30,306 bases of DNA from assembly GCA_050178385.1 (NCBI GenBank), contig JBFXGD010000024.1, forward strand, positions 1 to 30,306, written 5' to 3'. Under the pieces are notes generated by a model that had not been told where the DNA came from, did no database searches, and saw only the letters and a program-made list of their open reading frames with translations. Made by a program: the position numbers and the translations under genes. Every line of letters starts with the position of its first letter. Position 1 is the first letter of the stretch. Origin of the DNA: Calditrichaceae bacterium (GTDB taxonomy: Bacteria > Calditrichota > Calditrichia > Calditrichales > JBFXGD01). Below are positions 20,694 to 29,185 of the stretch, one piece after another.

Positions 20694-21179
20694 ATGGCTT
20701 ACCAACCTTCAAAATCAAAGAAACACCTTGTTGCAGAATCAGGTAGTCTCAATATGAACTCGATGATGGACATGATGACCATTATCCTTCTGTTTCTTTT
20801 AAAATCATTCTCTACAGAAGGGGCACTGGTTACACCATCAGAAGTATTGAGATTGCCGACATCAGTCCAGGGTGAAAAGCCAAAAAAGGAATTAAACGTT
20901 TCGATTTCGAAAAATGAAATTCTCGTTAACGATAATGTAGTCGCAACGATTAAAGATATTCCTGAAGATCAGATGGTCATAACATCTTTATTCGCTAAGC
21001 TGGGTGAATATGCTAAACAGGAGCGGGAACTCGAAATTGATATCGGTAAGGAATTCACTCATGAAGTAATAATACAGGGGGATGAAAAAATTCCTTTCGA
21101 ATTACTTTTTAAGGTGATGTTTACATGCAGTAGATCAGATTTTTATAAAATGCGTCTCTTGACGATTAAAGCAGGCTAA
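20694..21179 (+). CDS. ExbD/TolR-family subunit 2 (AglS-like)
   Basis: TM LNMNSMMDMMTIILLFLLKSFS, LRLPTS and IIQGDEKIPFELLFKVMFTC, which are AglS-type signatures. Confidence 0.92.
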   Translation: MAYQPSKSKKHLVAESGSLNMNSMMDMMTIILLFLLKSFSTEGALVTPSEVLRLPTSVQGEKPKKELNVSISKNEILVNDNVVATIKDIPEDQMVITSLFAKLGEYAKQERELEIDIGKEFTHEVIIQGDEKIPFELLFKVMFTCSRSDFYKMRLLTIKAG

Positions 21180-21212
21180 TAGATTAGTATCAAACTACAA
21201 AAAGGTGAGTTA

Positions 21213-22298
21213 ATGAAAACACCAAATGTGCAGGGCGCATCAAGACCAGCGGGTGCAGGCGGCTATCGACTTGTGGCTTTCCCAAAAGAGTTCGAAAGAA
21301 ATATGTGGGAAAGTATCGACAGAAGGTTTTACACAATTCTTCTGGCCTCATTGGCACTGATCTATGGTCTGGTTATATATTTGGCCAATCATGAGTATCC
21401 GCAGGACTTGATCGACAAAGAAATTAAAAGAAAATATATACAGAAATTTTATGCCGCAGAATTTGAAGAACCTGTACAGCAAGCAACTGAAGAAATCGGA
21501 GCAGGTCTGGGAGAAGAAGAAAAGCCTGAGGAAAAAGTTGATGAACGCGCAAAACGTGATGAAGGAAAACGCGCGGAAGCGACAGGTACATCGGCTTCTG
21601 AAAGAAGAAATATGCGGCGTGAAGCGGCTGCCAGAAGAGGAGCACAGCGTGCCGCGATGGAGCAGTCAGTCGCAGGTTCAGGAATTTTAGCTGAGCTCTC
21701 GGCCGGCGGAGGCGGTGGATCAGGTGATGCTGTTTACGACGTTCTTGGTTCCGGTGGTGCTGGCGGGGTAGGCGATCTGGAGCAGGTATTGGGAAGTGTA
21801 GGCGGATTGCAGACAGCGTCATCTGGCGCAAGCAGGTCAGTGCTTGGCGCACGGTCCTCAGGCGGAAATCGTTCCGGAGGAGCAGGGATTGATGATCTTG
21901 TCCAGAGCGGTGTTGGTCAGAGCGGTTCTGTTTCAATAAAACGTCAGGGCTCCTTTGCCATCAAAATGGAAGAAGGAACTGTTTCCGGAAAGGGATCAAA
22001 ATCGGCAAATCGATCAGCGGATGCCATCAGCAGAATTATCGCCAAACACGCGGATGCCATCGAGAACTGTTATAAAAAAGAATCCCGGATTAATCCGAAT
22101 CTTAAGGGCAGTATCACTGTTCAGTTTTCGATTTTGGCAGATGGCCGGGTTGATAATGTCCGGATAATTGACTCAACAATTCGGAATAAAAATGTTGAAA
22201 ATTGTGTCATCTCGAGAATCAGAAGATGGCGATTTGATAAAATTGATGCCAGTGAAGGTGATGTATCCTTCAGACAAAAATATATTTTCAGCAGTTAG
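21213..22298 (+). CDS. TonB/TolA-like energy transducer with AgmX/PglI-type C-terminal domain (GltG-like)
   Basis: Single N-proximal TM, a charged helix, a Gly/Ser-rich linker, and C-terminal RS...I...I......I..CY......NPNLKG.ITVQFSI..DGRV......S.......VENCV...IRRWRF with the two-Cys pattern. Confidence 0.88.
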   Translation: MKTPNVQGASRPAGAGGYRLVAFPKEFERNMWESIDRRFYTILLASLALIYGLVIYLANHEYPQDLIDKEIKRKYIQKFYAAEFEEPVQQATEEIGAGLGEEEKPEEKVDERAKRDEGKRAEATGTSASERRNMRREAAARRGAQRAAMEQSVAGSGILAELSAGGGGGSGDAVYDVLGSGGAGGVGDLEQVLGSVGGLQTASSGASRSVLGARSSGGNRSGGAGIDDLVQSGVGQSGSVSIKRQGSFAIKMEEGTVSGKGSKSANRSADAISRIIAKHADAIENCYKKESRINPNLKGSITVQFSILADGRVDNVRIIDSTIRNKNVENCVISRIRRWRFDKIDASEGDVSFRQKYIFSS

Positions 22299-22325
22299 AA
22301 ACCTGAATAAAAAATATCACATCTT

Positions 22326-22351
22326 AAGCCGCTTTTTAGCGGCTTTTTTTT
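22326..22351 (+). terminator. Intrinsic terminator ending the 7-gene operon
   Basis: AAGCCGCT-tttt-AGCGGCTT followed by a T run. Confidence 0.9.
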
Positions 22352-22360
22352 GTGACAAAT

Positions 22361-22389
22361 TTGTTAACTTTGGGTTTATTGCGTAAATT
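22361..22389 (+). promoter_or_regulatory. Putative aspS promoter
   Basis: TTGTTA (22361-22366), 17 bp spacer, TAAATT (22384-22389), lying between the terminator and the AAGGAG RBS. Confidence 0.5.
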
Positions 22390-22420
22390 AACGCCATTTT
22401 TTAGAAGGAGTTTAACATCG

Positions 22421-24175
22421 ATGAAAAGAACGCATAACTGCGCGGATTTGAACCTGGATTACCTTGGCCGGACTGTCGTATTGAATGGATGGGTGAATAA
22501 GTGGCGTGATCACGGAGGATTGATTTTTATTGATATTCGGGATCGATACGGGATTACTCAAGTCGTATTTAATCCGGAAGTGAGTAAACCGGTTTATGAA
22601 AACGCAAAAAAATTAAGGACAGAATATGTAATAGCGGTGAAGGGCGTCGTAGAAAAAAGACCACCGGAATCTGTTAATAAAAAGATGAATACGGGTGAGA
22701 TCGAAGTACATATCAGTGAACTTGAAATACTGAATATTGCTAAAACGACACCATTCGAAATAATTGAGAATTTGGATGTTAATGAAGAACTTAGACTCAA
22801 ATATCGCTATTTGGATTTGCGAAGAAGATCGCTGCAGCAAAATCTGCTCACCAGAAGCAAGATTTATAAAATTGTAAGAGATTCTCTGAATGATGAGGGA
22901 TTTGTTGAAATCGAAACTCCTGTTTTAATGAAGAGTACACCCGAGGGAGCCCGGGATTTCCTGGTGCCGAGCCGTAATTACCCGGGCAGTTTCTATGCAT
23001 TGCCGCAGTCGCCGCAAACCTATAAGCAGTTGCTGATGGTCGCGGGATTTGATAAATATTTTCAGATCGTAAAATGTTTTCGGGATGAGGATCTCCGCAA
23101 AGACCGGCAGCCGGAATTTACACAAATTGATATAGAAATGTCATTTGTTGACGAAGATGATATCAGGGATATGGCGGGAAGGCTTATAAAGAAAATATTC
23201 AGGGAAACGATCGGTTATGAAATTTCTGAAAAAATTCAAAAAATGACCTATAAAGAAGCGTTTGAGTCATACGGATCAGATAAACCTGATCTTCGTTTTG
23301 ATCTTCGCATTCATAATTTAACCGACATATTTGCGGAATCGGATTTTGTCGCCTTTAATAAAGTATTAGCTGACGCGGGTGTGATTGCCGGATTTCGTTT
23401 ACCTTCAGGTGCGGGACTCAGCAGAAAAAAAATTGATCAATTAGTAGAAGATTCAAAAAAGGCCGGCGCGAAGGGCCTTGCATATGTCAAATATGAAAAT
23501 GGTGAATTTACCGGCGGAATATCAAAGTTTTTGAAAGATGATGAAAAAAGAAAATTAATAAATGCTTTGAACATTGAAGAAAATGATTTAATATTAATTA
23601 TAGCGGATTTATATCAGATCACTTACACAGTTCTTGGCCACCTGCGTATTTATTTAGCTGAAATGTTGAATCTAATAAATAAAGATGCGTTTTCTCTCTT
23701 ATGGATTTTGGATTTCCCTTTGCTGGAGTTTAGCGATGATGAAAATCGATATGTAGCGAGACATCATCCATTTACCAGCCCAAAGAAGGAAGACCTGGAT
23801 AAGCTGGATAAGGAACCGGAAAAAGTCATTGCCAGAGCGTACGATCTTGTGTTAAATGGGAATGAAATCGCCGGCGGCAGCATCAGAATACATACAAAAG
23901 ACTTACAGCGGAAAATGTTTGATGTTCTGAAAATGAGTCCTGATGAGGCGGACGCGAAATTCGGATTTCTGATGAAAGCCTTTGAATACGGGGCTCCACC
24001 GCATGGGGGAATTGCTTTTGGTCTTGACCGCCTTGTGATGCTGTTAACAAGATCTGATTCAATTCGTGATGTGATTGCTTTTCCGAAAACAAGTTCAGCG
24101 CTTTCACTAATGGACGGAGCGCCATCGGATGTCTCGGAAGACCAATTAAAAGAGTTAGGATTAAAAATTGTATAA
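22421..24175 (+). CDS. aspS: Aspartate--tRNA ligase (bacterial type with GAD insert)
   Basis: MKRTHNC start after AAGGAG. RDHGGLIFIDIRD, TPEGARDFLVPSR, LPQSPQ, CFRDEDLRKDRQPEFTQID, HHPFT and GAPPHGGIAFGLDR. The ORF-track start at 22352 is too early. Confidence 0.99.
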   Translation: MKRTHNCADLNLDYLGRTVVLNGWVNKWRDHGGLIFIDIRDRYGITQVVFNPEVSKPVYENAKKLRTEYVIAVKGVVEKRPPESVNKKMNTGEIEVHISELEILNIAKTTPFEIIENLDVNEELRLKYRYLDLRRRSLQQNLLTRSKIYKIVRDSLNDEGFVEIETPVLMKSTPEGARDFLVPSRNYPGSFYALPQSPQTYKQLLMVAGFDKYFQIVKCFRDEDLRKDRQPEFTQIDIEMSFVDEDDIRDMAGRLIKKIFRETIGYEISEKIQKMTYKEAFESYGSDKPDLRFDLRIHNLTDIFAESDFVAFNKVLADAGVIAGFRLPSGAGLSRKKIDQLVEDSKKAGAKGLAYVKYENGEFTGGISKFLKDDEKRKLINALNIEENDLILIIADLYQITYTVLGHLRIYLAEMLNLINKDAFSLLWILDFPLLEFSDDENRYVARHHPFTSPKKEDLDKLDKEPEKVIARAYDLVLNGNEIAGGSIRIHTKDLQRKMFDVLKMSPDEADAKFGFLMKAFEYGAPPHGGIAFGLDRLVMLLTRSDSIRDVIAFPKTSSALSLMDGAPSDVSEDQLKELGLKIV

Positions 24176-24211
24176 AGACAAGAAACACTTAGCTTTAGGA
24201 ATAAATATAAC

Positions 24212-24240
24212 TTGACAAAATTTAGTTAATTTGTTACTTT
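24212..24240 (+). promoter_or_regulatory. Strong sigma70-type promoter for the lipoprotein-LysM bicistron
   Basis: TTGACA (24212-24217), 17 bp spacer, extended -10 TGt-TACTTT (24232-24240). Confidence 0.75.
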
Positions 24241-24288
24241 CATCATTAAATGAAACCCCAGAACTGTCACAATTAGGAGGCTCGATTC

Positions 24289-24582
24289 ATGAGAAAAGTA
24301 AAGAAATCGTTTAATCTCTTCATGATATTGCTGTTCACTGTCTCTGTAATCTCCGTAACGAGTTGCGGATGGAAGCCGAGTGAAGAAGAAATAAAGCAAT
24401 TGGAAGAGACCAAGTCAGCGGCCCTTGCTGCCGAAAAAACACTTGCGGATAAAAAAGGCGAAAGCCAGGCATTAGAAGCAAATGTAAATGCAAAAAAGGC
24501 TGAACTTGAAAAGGTCAAAGCTGAGAAAGAAAAAGTTGCCAAAGCTGTCGAAGAACGAGCAGCAATGAGTACAGGTAAATAA
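24289..24582 (+). CDS. Small coiled-coil lipoprotein ending in Lys
   Basis: AGGAGG RBS, basic N-terminus, hydrophobic core, lipobox VTS|C, then an A/E/K-rich heptad helix ending ...STGK. Confidence 0.85.
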   Translation: MRKVKKSFNLFMILLFTVSVISVTSCGWKPSEEEIKQLEETKSAALAAEKTLADKKGESQALEANVNAKKAELEKVKAEKEKVAKAVEERAAMSTGK

Positions 24583-24610
24583 ATATTTATTATAAGACAG
24601 GAGAACTGTG

Positions 24611-25465
24611 ATGATGAAATTGACAAAATTATATTTTACGTCAATTTTGCTCGTAGCGTTAGTAACTTTTAACACAGCATTTGCTCAGGTTTCCTACAAT
24701 TATGAGGAAATGACTCAGGAACAGTATAACGCTTATCTGGCAGAATGGCAGCAAAGATTGCAGACGGCACAAACAGGTATTACTGAAGAAGATACTAAAA
24801 TAGCCGCTCTGAATCAGGAATTAACCGATACCCAGACAGGTATTGATAAAACCTGGGATGAAATTTACGCATTAGCCGGCTCCGATAAAGCTGGTAATCA
24901 GGCGTATGTTAGTGAATTAAACAAATTGAAAACTGATGTGAACGCATTTTTGAGTATGTCTCCTGAAGAAATTTACTCAAAATCGAATGAACTCAATGCC
25001 TTCAAAGCACGAGTTGCGGAATTAAAGAAAAACAATTTGTCATTGTTAAGTGAAAATGCCGCTGCGTTTAATTCAATCGAAAGTTTGATTGCCCAGGCTG
25101 AAGAAAAGGGCAAGGCCGCGGTACCTCCGTCATACACTGTAGTAAAAGGTGATTATCTTTGGAAGATAGCAGCCAAACCTGACATTTATGCAGATGCATA
25201 CGCATGGATGAGAATTTATACTTCAAACCGTGATCAGATTAAAGATCCCGATTTGATTTTTGTAAATCAAGTTTTCTCAATCCCGCGGGTTGTAGGACCA
25301 AATGAACATCTGGTCGCAAAAGGTGAATATCTTTCAAAAATCGCGGGCTATTCAAATGTTTATGGCAGTTCCTTTAAATGGCAGAAATTATATGATGCCA
25401 ACAAGAGCACCATCAATGATCCTAATATGATTTATCCATACCAGGTGCTCAAGATTGCCCGTTAA
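24611..25465 (+). CDS. Exported coiled-coil protein with two C-terminal LysM domains
   Basis: Signal peptide (..AFA|QV), helical N-half, then two repeats: YTVVKGDYLWKIA...Y.....W.RIY..N.DQIKDPDLI..NQV..IP and HLVAKGEYLSKIA...Y.....W..LY..N...INDPNMIYPYQVLKI. The start lies at 24608, 24611 or 24614. Confidence 0.92.
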   Translation: MMKLTKLYFTSILLVALVTFNTAFAQVSYNYEEMTQEQYNAYLAEWQQRLQTAQTGITEEDTKIAALNQELTDTQTGIDKTWDEIYALAGSDKAGNQAYVSELNKLKTDVNAFLSMSPEEIYSKSNELNAFKARVAELKKNNLSLLSENAAAFNSIESLIAQAEEKGKAAVPPSYTVVKGDYLWKIAAKPDIYADAYAWMRIYTSNRDQIKDPDLIFVNQVFSIPRVVGPNEHLVAKGEYLSKIAGYSNVYGSSFKWQKLYDANKSTINDPNMIYPYQVLKIAR

Positions 25466-25502
25466 TAAGTTTTGAACAAAATGTATAATTAAGTAAAAAT
25501 TT

Positions 25503-25540
25503 AAAAAGCTTCTGGTGGTTTTATTCCGGAAGCTTTTTTT
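25503..25540 (+). terminator. Intrinsic terminator after the LysM gene
   Basis: AAAAAGCTTCTGG, 10 nt loop, CCGGAAGCTTTTT, plus further Ts. Confidence 0.85.
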
Positions 25541-25562
25541 GTTTTAAGGAGACAGGAATAAT

Positions 25563-26540
25563 TTGATTGAAGTTGTTTACAGTCTAAGGGAGAATCTGGA
25601 TCCTGTTCTGTTTTATGGTAATCAGGATATAAATATCAAACAGATTGAAGATCAGTTTCCTGTGAGACTAATTGCCCGTGGGCATGATGTAAAGATTATA
25701 GGCGAAAACCAGGATGTGACGATTGTTAAAAAGATCTTTGATGAGATCAGCTTTCTGCTTGAAAAAAAACAAATTTTATCAGTCAAAGATATTCAGGTTA
25801 TCGTTCAGATTGTAAAAGCAAATGAAACCAAGCCGAATGGCGCGGATTCTGAACCAAAATATGTATCGTCTGACATTTCTTTGACGTCAAATGATGGGTA
25901 TATAAAACCAAAATCAGACGGACAGCGCCACCTACTGGAAGAAATGGGCAATAATGATATTGTTTTTGCAATCGGACCGGCGGGAACCGGAAAGACCTAT
26001 CTCGCGGTCGCCATGGCATCTTCATATCTTAAAAACGGAATGGTCAAAAGAATAGTATTGGCCAGACCGGCAGTGGAAGCAGGTGAAAGCCTGGGATTCC
26101 TGCCGGGTGATTTTAAAGAAAAAATCGATCCTTATTTAAAACCCCTTTATGACTCACTGGATGATATGTTTCCGAAAGATATATTAAAAAAATATATTGA
26201 TCAGCAAATTATTGAAATTCTGCCGCTTGCCTATATGAGAGGCCGAACGCTGAATAATGCTTTTGTAATTCTTGATGAAGCTCAGAACAGCACGTTCACT
26301 CAGATGAAGATGTTTCTTACGAGAATGGGTATCAATTCCAAGGCTGTCATTACGGGTGATATAACACAAATCGATCTTCCGTCGTCCAAAGATTCCGGCT
26401 TGATAAGCAGTCTGAAGGTGTTGCAGGGAATCAAAGGGATTTCGTTTGTGAAATTATCAAAAAGTGATGTGGTGAGACACAGTCTTGTTAAAGATATCAT
26501 TGAAGCATATGATAAATTTGATAAATACAATCCGAAATGA
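25563..26540 (+). CDS. phoH: PhoH-family (YbeZ-type) ATPase
   Basis: GPAGTGKTYLA, RPAVEAGESLGFLPGD, PLAYMRGRTL, LDEAQN, MKMFLTRMG and DVVRH. Confidence 0.96.
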   Translation: MIEVVYSLRENLDPVLFYGNQDINIKQIEDQFPVRLIARGHDVKIIGENQDVTIVKKIFDEISFLLEKKQILSVKDIQVIVQIVKANETKPNGADSEPKYVSSDISLTSNDGYIKPKSDGQRHLLEEMGNNDIVFAIGPAGTGKTYLAVAMASSYLKNGMVKRIVLARPAVEAGESLGFLPGDFKEKIDPYLKPLYDSLDDMFPKDILKKYIDQQIIEILPLAYMRGRTLNNAFVILDEAQNSTFTQMKMFLTRMGINSKAVITGDITQIDLPSSKDSGLISSLKVLQGIKGISFVKLSKSDVVRHSLVKDIIEAYDKFDKYNPK

Positions 26541-26612
26541 CGCCGGGATTATTCGTACTGTCTAATAGCTTGGGTTACCCTTTCTCTTTCTTTAGCAGAA
26601 ATCTTTGTAACC

Positions 26613-26641
26613 TTGAAAAAACAGAAAAAAATAAGTACATT
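26613..26641 (+). promoter_or_regulatory. Putative promoter for the thiolase-to-secA run
   Basis: TTGAAA (26613-26618), 17 bp spacer, TACATT (26636-26641). Confidence 0.55.
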
Positions 26642-26673
26642 AATTTTTCCTACTAATAGATAAGGATGATGAT

Positions 26674-27861
26674 ATGGCAAGCTTGAGAGATGTAGTGATT
26701 GTTAGCGCTGCCCGAACTCCGATCGGTAGTTTTAACGGGGCGCTGAAGGATATTCCCGCAACGAAACTGGGCAGTATCGTAATTGAAGAAGTGTTAAAGC
26801 GCGCAAATGTTGATAAAAAACTGGTTGATGAAGTAATAATGGGGAATGTCCTTCCGGCAAACGAAGGACAGGCGCCTGCGCGTCAGGCAGCATTGGGCGC
26901 GGGACTTCCCAAATCAGTTGAATGTCTAACTATCAATAAAGTATGTGGTTCAGGATTGAAGGCGGTAATGTTGGCCGCTCAGGCAATTATGGTCGGTGAT
27001 GCAGATGTCGTAGTCGCCGGTGGAATGGAAAATATGACCCAGGTGCCTTATTATCTCCCGGGAGCCAGAAATGGTATGAAAATGGGTGACGGAGCTGTTG
27101 TTGATGGCATGGTAAAAGACGGATTATGGGATGTATATAATAATTATCACATGGGTAATGCGGCAGAATTATGCGCGGAAGAATGCAATATCTCCCGTGA
27201 AGCTCAGGATGAATTTACGGTCTTGAGCTATAAAAGAGCTCAGGCTGCTCAGGAAAATGGTTCATTTATGGATGAAATCATCCCGGTGCAGATTCCTCAA
27301 AGAAAGGGAGACCCCATTATCTTTGACAAGGATGAGGAACCGACTCGTGTCAAATTTGACAAGATTTCTTCATTAAGATCTCCGTTTAAAAAAGACGGTT
27401 CGGTAACAGCGGCGAATGCTTCTTCGATAAACGACGGTGCGGCGGCAGTTCTTGTAATGTCGATGGAAAAAGCGAATGAGCTGGGATTAAAGCCAATGGC
27501 AAAAATAATCGCCCAGGCCTCAGCCGCGAAAGAGCCTGAATATTTTACAACCGCGCCTGCGGATTCAGTCAAAAAGGTGTTGAAAAAAGCAAGTCTTACA
27601 ACGAAAGATATAGATTTATATGAAATCAATGAAGCATTTGCGGTTGTCTCGCTGATAAACAATCGTCTGCTCGATCTTCCCACCGAAAAAGTCAATGTGA
27701 ATGGCGGAGCTGTGGCGCTGGGTCATCCTATCGGCGCGAGTGGTACCAGAATACTGGTGACATTGCTGCACGCGATGAAGAATAGAAAAGTTAAACGCGG
27801 CCTGGCTTCTTTGTGTATTGGTGGCGGCGAAGCATCAAGTCTGATTGTCGAAACTCTCTAG
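26674..27861 (+). CDS. Acetyl-CoA C-acetyltransferase (thiolase II, AtoB/ThlA type)
   Basis: ARTPIG, NKVCGSGLKA, GGMENM, EINEAFA, GHPIGASG and LCIGGG. Confidence 0.97.
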   Translation: MASLRDVVIVSAARTPIGSFNGALKDIPATKLGSIVIEEVLKRANVDKKLVDEVIMGNVLPANEGQAPARQAALGAGLPKSVECLTINKVCGSGLKAVMLAAQAIMVGDADVVVAGGMENMTQVPYYLPGARNGMKMGDGAVVDGMVKDGLWDVYNNYHMGNAAELCAEECNISREAQDEFTVLSYKRAQAAQENGSFMDEIIPVQIPQRKGDPIIFDKDEEPTRVKFDKISSLRSPFKKDGSVTAANASSINDGAAAVLVMSMEKANELGLKPMAKIIAQASAAKEPEYFTTAPADSVKKVLKKASLTTKDIDLYEINEAFAVVSLINNRLLDLPTEKVNVNGGAVALGHPIGASGTRILVTLLHAMKNRKVKRGLASLCIGGGEASSLIVETL

Positions 27862-27870
27862 GAGATCGTT

Positions 27871-28722
27871 ATGCCGGATAATAAAGTCAGTGTTATCGGG
27901 TGCGGAACTATGGGGAACGGAATATCCCATGTCTTCGCTCAAAACGGATATGAAGTTAATTTAATCGATCTGAATCATGAGCTGCTTGAAAAAGCACTTG
28001 CTGTTATTGATAAAAATCTAAGCAGGCAGGTAAAAAAAGAAATTATCACTGAGAATGATGCGAAAAATATTCTGAGCAGGATAAAAACATCCACCGATCT
28101 GTCAGTCGCTGCCGGTTCGATGCTTGTTGTAGAGGCGGCTACTGAAAATCCGGAGGTCAAGAAGGAAATTTTCAGGAAGCTGGATAAGATTTGCGGATCC
28201 GAGACGATACTGGCAAGCAATACTTCATCTATTTCAATTACTGAAATTGCCGCGGTCACAAACCGTCCCGATAAAGTGATCGGGATGCATTTTATGAATC
28301 CGGTGCCGGTAATGCAGTTAATTGAAATAATTCGCGGTCTTGCAACTACCGATGAAACTTATAAAACGGTTGAAGAACTCTCAAAACACCTGGGTAAAGT
28401 ACCCGTGGAAGTAAACGATTTCCCTGGATTTGTTTCAAACCGGATTCTGATGCCGATGATCAATGAAGCGATCTATTGTCTTATGGAAGGAGTCGCGGAA
28501 AAAGAAGCCGTCGATACGGTGATGAAACTGGGAATGAATCACCCCATGGGGCCGTTAACATTAGCTGATTTCATTGGATTGGATGTGTGTTTAAATATTA
28601 TGGATGTATTATATGGAGGATTGGGTGACCCAAAATATCGCCCATGTCCATTATTGAAAAAAATGGTAGCTGCCGGTCATTTGGGCAGAAAAACAAAAAT
28701 CGGTTTTTATAAATACGAATAG
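27871..28722 (+). CDS. hbd: 3-hydroxybutyryl-CoA dehydrogenase
   Basis: GCGTMGNGI Rossmann motif, [36 protein letters not shown] and [15 protein letters not shown]. Confidence 0.96.
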   Translation: MPDNKVSVIGCGTMGNGISHVFAQNGYEVNLIDLNHELLEKALAVIDKNLSRQVKKEIITENDAKNILSRIKTSTDLSVAAGSMLVVEAATENPEVKKEIFRKLDKICGSETILASNTSSISITEIAAVTNRPDKVIGMHFMNPVPVMQLIEIIRGLATTDETYKTVEELSKHLGKVPVEVNDFPGFVSNRILMPMINEAIYCLMEGVAEKEAVDTVMKLGMNHPMGPLTLADFIGLDVCLNIMDVLYGGLGDPKYRPCPLLKKMVAAGHLGRKTKIGFYKYE

Positions 28723-28727
28723 GATAG

Positions 28728-29174
28728 ATGAAAAGAAGAAAAGAACGAGAATTTGCTCTGGGAATTCTGTACGCATGTGAATATAATTCAGATCCCTACT
28801 CTTCGCTAATTGAGCGGATGGATGAAGAGCAAAAAAAACATGCAAGCGATTTTGCAGTCCGTATTATCAAATTATGCACAGAGCAGAAGGATGATCTGGA
28901 CGAAGCGATTGTATCAAAGCTTCAAAATTGGGATTATGGACGTGTGGCGGTTATCGACAGAATTCTGCTGAGGATGGCCATGGTGGAGTTTCTGTATTTC
29001 GATGAAATACCGCCGGAAGTATCCCTGGATGAAGTTATAGAAATCAGTAAAATATACAGCACGGAACGCAGCGGAAAATTTATCAATGGCGTTCTTGATG
29101 CCCTATTAAAACAATTACGCGAAGAAAACCGGTTGAATAAATCTGGTCGCGGACTTATTTCAAATTTAATGTAG
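28728..29174 (+). CDS. nusB: Transcription antitermination factor NusB
   Basis: RRKEREFAL, NWDYGRVAVIDRILLR, IPPEVSLDEVIEISKIYS and KFINGVLD. Confidence 0.96.
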   Translation: MKRRKEREFALGILYACEYNSDPYSSLIERMDEEQKKHASDFAVRIIKLCTEQKDDLDEAIVSKLQNWDYGRVAVIDRILLRMAMVEFLYFDEIPPEVSLDEVIEISKIYSTERSGKFINGVLDALLKQLREENRLNKSGRGLISNLM

Positions 29175-29185
29175 AATAATGGCTT

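Noticed and set aside
21670..21990. Gly-rich stretch as a collagen-like or tandem DNA repeat
   Set aside because: There is no Gly-X-Y period and no nucleotide-level repeat unit. It is a low-complexity linker.
19443..22298. Ordinary TonB-ExbBD uptake system or Tol-Pal
   Set aside because: There is no TonB-dependent receptor, tolB, pal or ybgC nearby. The two dissimilar ExbDs, AglS-type motifs and Gly-rich two-Cys transducer fit the Agl/Glt type better.
22352..22420. N-terminal extension of AspRS or a T-box leader
   Set aside because: The extension overlaps the putative promoter and starts right after a terminator. The RBS supports ATG 22421, and the leader is too short for a T-box.
26541..26612. 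GGTTAC...GTAACC inverted repeat after phoH as a terminator or small RNA
   Set aside because: The arms are only 6 bp with a long loop and no adjacent U tail, so it cannot be distinguished from chance.
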